Shown: positions 63,597 to 64,000 of the stretch, piece after piece | Numbering within the stretch: the stretch's first letter is position 1 | Layout of the letters: each line of letters begins with the position of its first letter | Assembly: GCA_045837725.1 (NCBI GenBank) | Contig: JBEWZL010000184.1 | Coordinates: 248,001 to 312,000, forward strand | Direction of reading: 5' to 3' | Origin: Vermamoeba vermiformis | Taxonomy: Eukaryota | Length of the DNA: 64,000 nt | The notes under the pieces: generated by a model | The model's input: only the letters and a program-made list of their open reading frames with translations | Told to the model about the DNA's origin: nothing | Database searches by the model: none | Position numbers and translations under genes: made by a program

Positions 63597-64000
63597 TGCA
63601 AAAATATAGCAATCGTACGTCACTTCTATATATTTATGGCTATTCGAGCAGAGTTTTGAATTTTTGAAGGTTAATCAACTTTCGAGCATTGTATTATTTA
63701 TTTAAAGCATTACAACGCCAAATAAACGTAAATATCAATACATTGATCACATAATATTGCTCGGAGGCACAAATACCGTTACATAACTACTCCATTGAAG
63801 ATCAAACTCTTAAAAAGATCTTTTTTGAAACAAAAATTGATTTAGCTTTGCTTCAAATAACACCATAAGTCATACAATATCATGAATTACTTTTCGTGCA
63901 AATTATGCCATCGTAACAAATTGAGTGCGCTGAGCACGGATTATCGCACCTATTGTTTTTCCGTGCCACATTTTTAGCGGACCGACTGACTGTTCATTGT

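Noticed and set aside
1-64000. Prokaryotic operon, CRISPR array, rRNA or bacterial contamination
   Set aside because: The bacterial-like domains sit in genes with spliceosomal introns, and no repeat-spacer array or rRNA motifs were seen.

Overview
Compact, gene-dense eukaryotic DNA with about 28 genes and mostly 40-60 nt GT-AG introns with CTAAY branch points. It is most likely an amoebozoan or similar phagotrophic protist, inferred from a Sib-like adhesion protein and an Entamoeba-TMK-style receptor kinase. Housekeeping genes: D-lactate dehydrogenase fragment, START protein, ArfGAP-PH, mannose-6-phosphate isomerase, aldo-keto reductase, RRN3, CH-domain protein, tRNA-dihydrouridine synthase, NmrA-like protein, GRAM-TBC protein and HSL-like lipase. 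They are interspersed with intron-containing genes carrying domains typical of bacterial conflict systems. The three strongest findings: (1) one multi-exon gene encoding a FYVE-like Zn finger, helical repeats, an F-box and a C-terminal PAAR domain (the T6SS/contractile-tail spike tip), visible only after splicing; (2) an intron-containing OLD/GajA-type ABC-ATPase+TOPRIM nuclease with intact motifs; (3) a 918-nt, extensively base-paired intron in RRN3 that looks like an uncharacterised structured RNA. Also present: a tandem pair of DUF3990-like ADP-ribosyltransferase-fold genes, a domesticated MULE transposase, five F-box genes, two TFIIB-cyclin-like paralogs and a recurrent TGACACGTGTCA palindrome. 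Gene models were spliced by eye and family calls come from motif recognition, not database searches.
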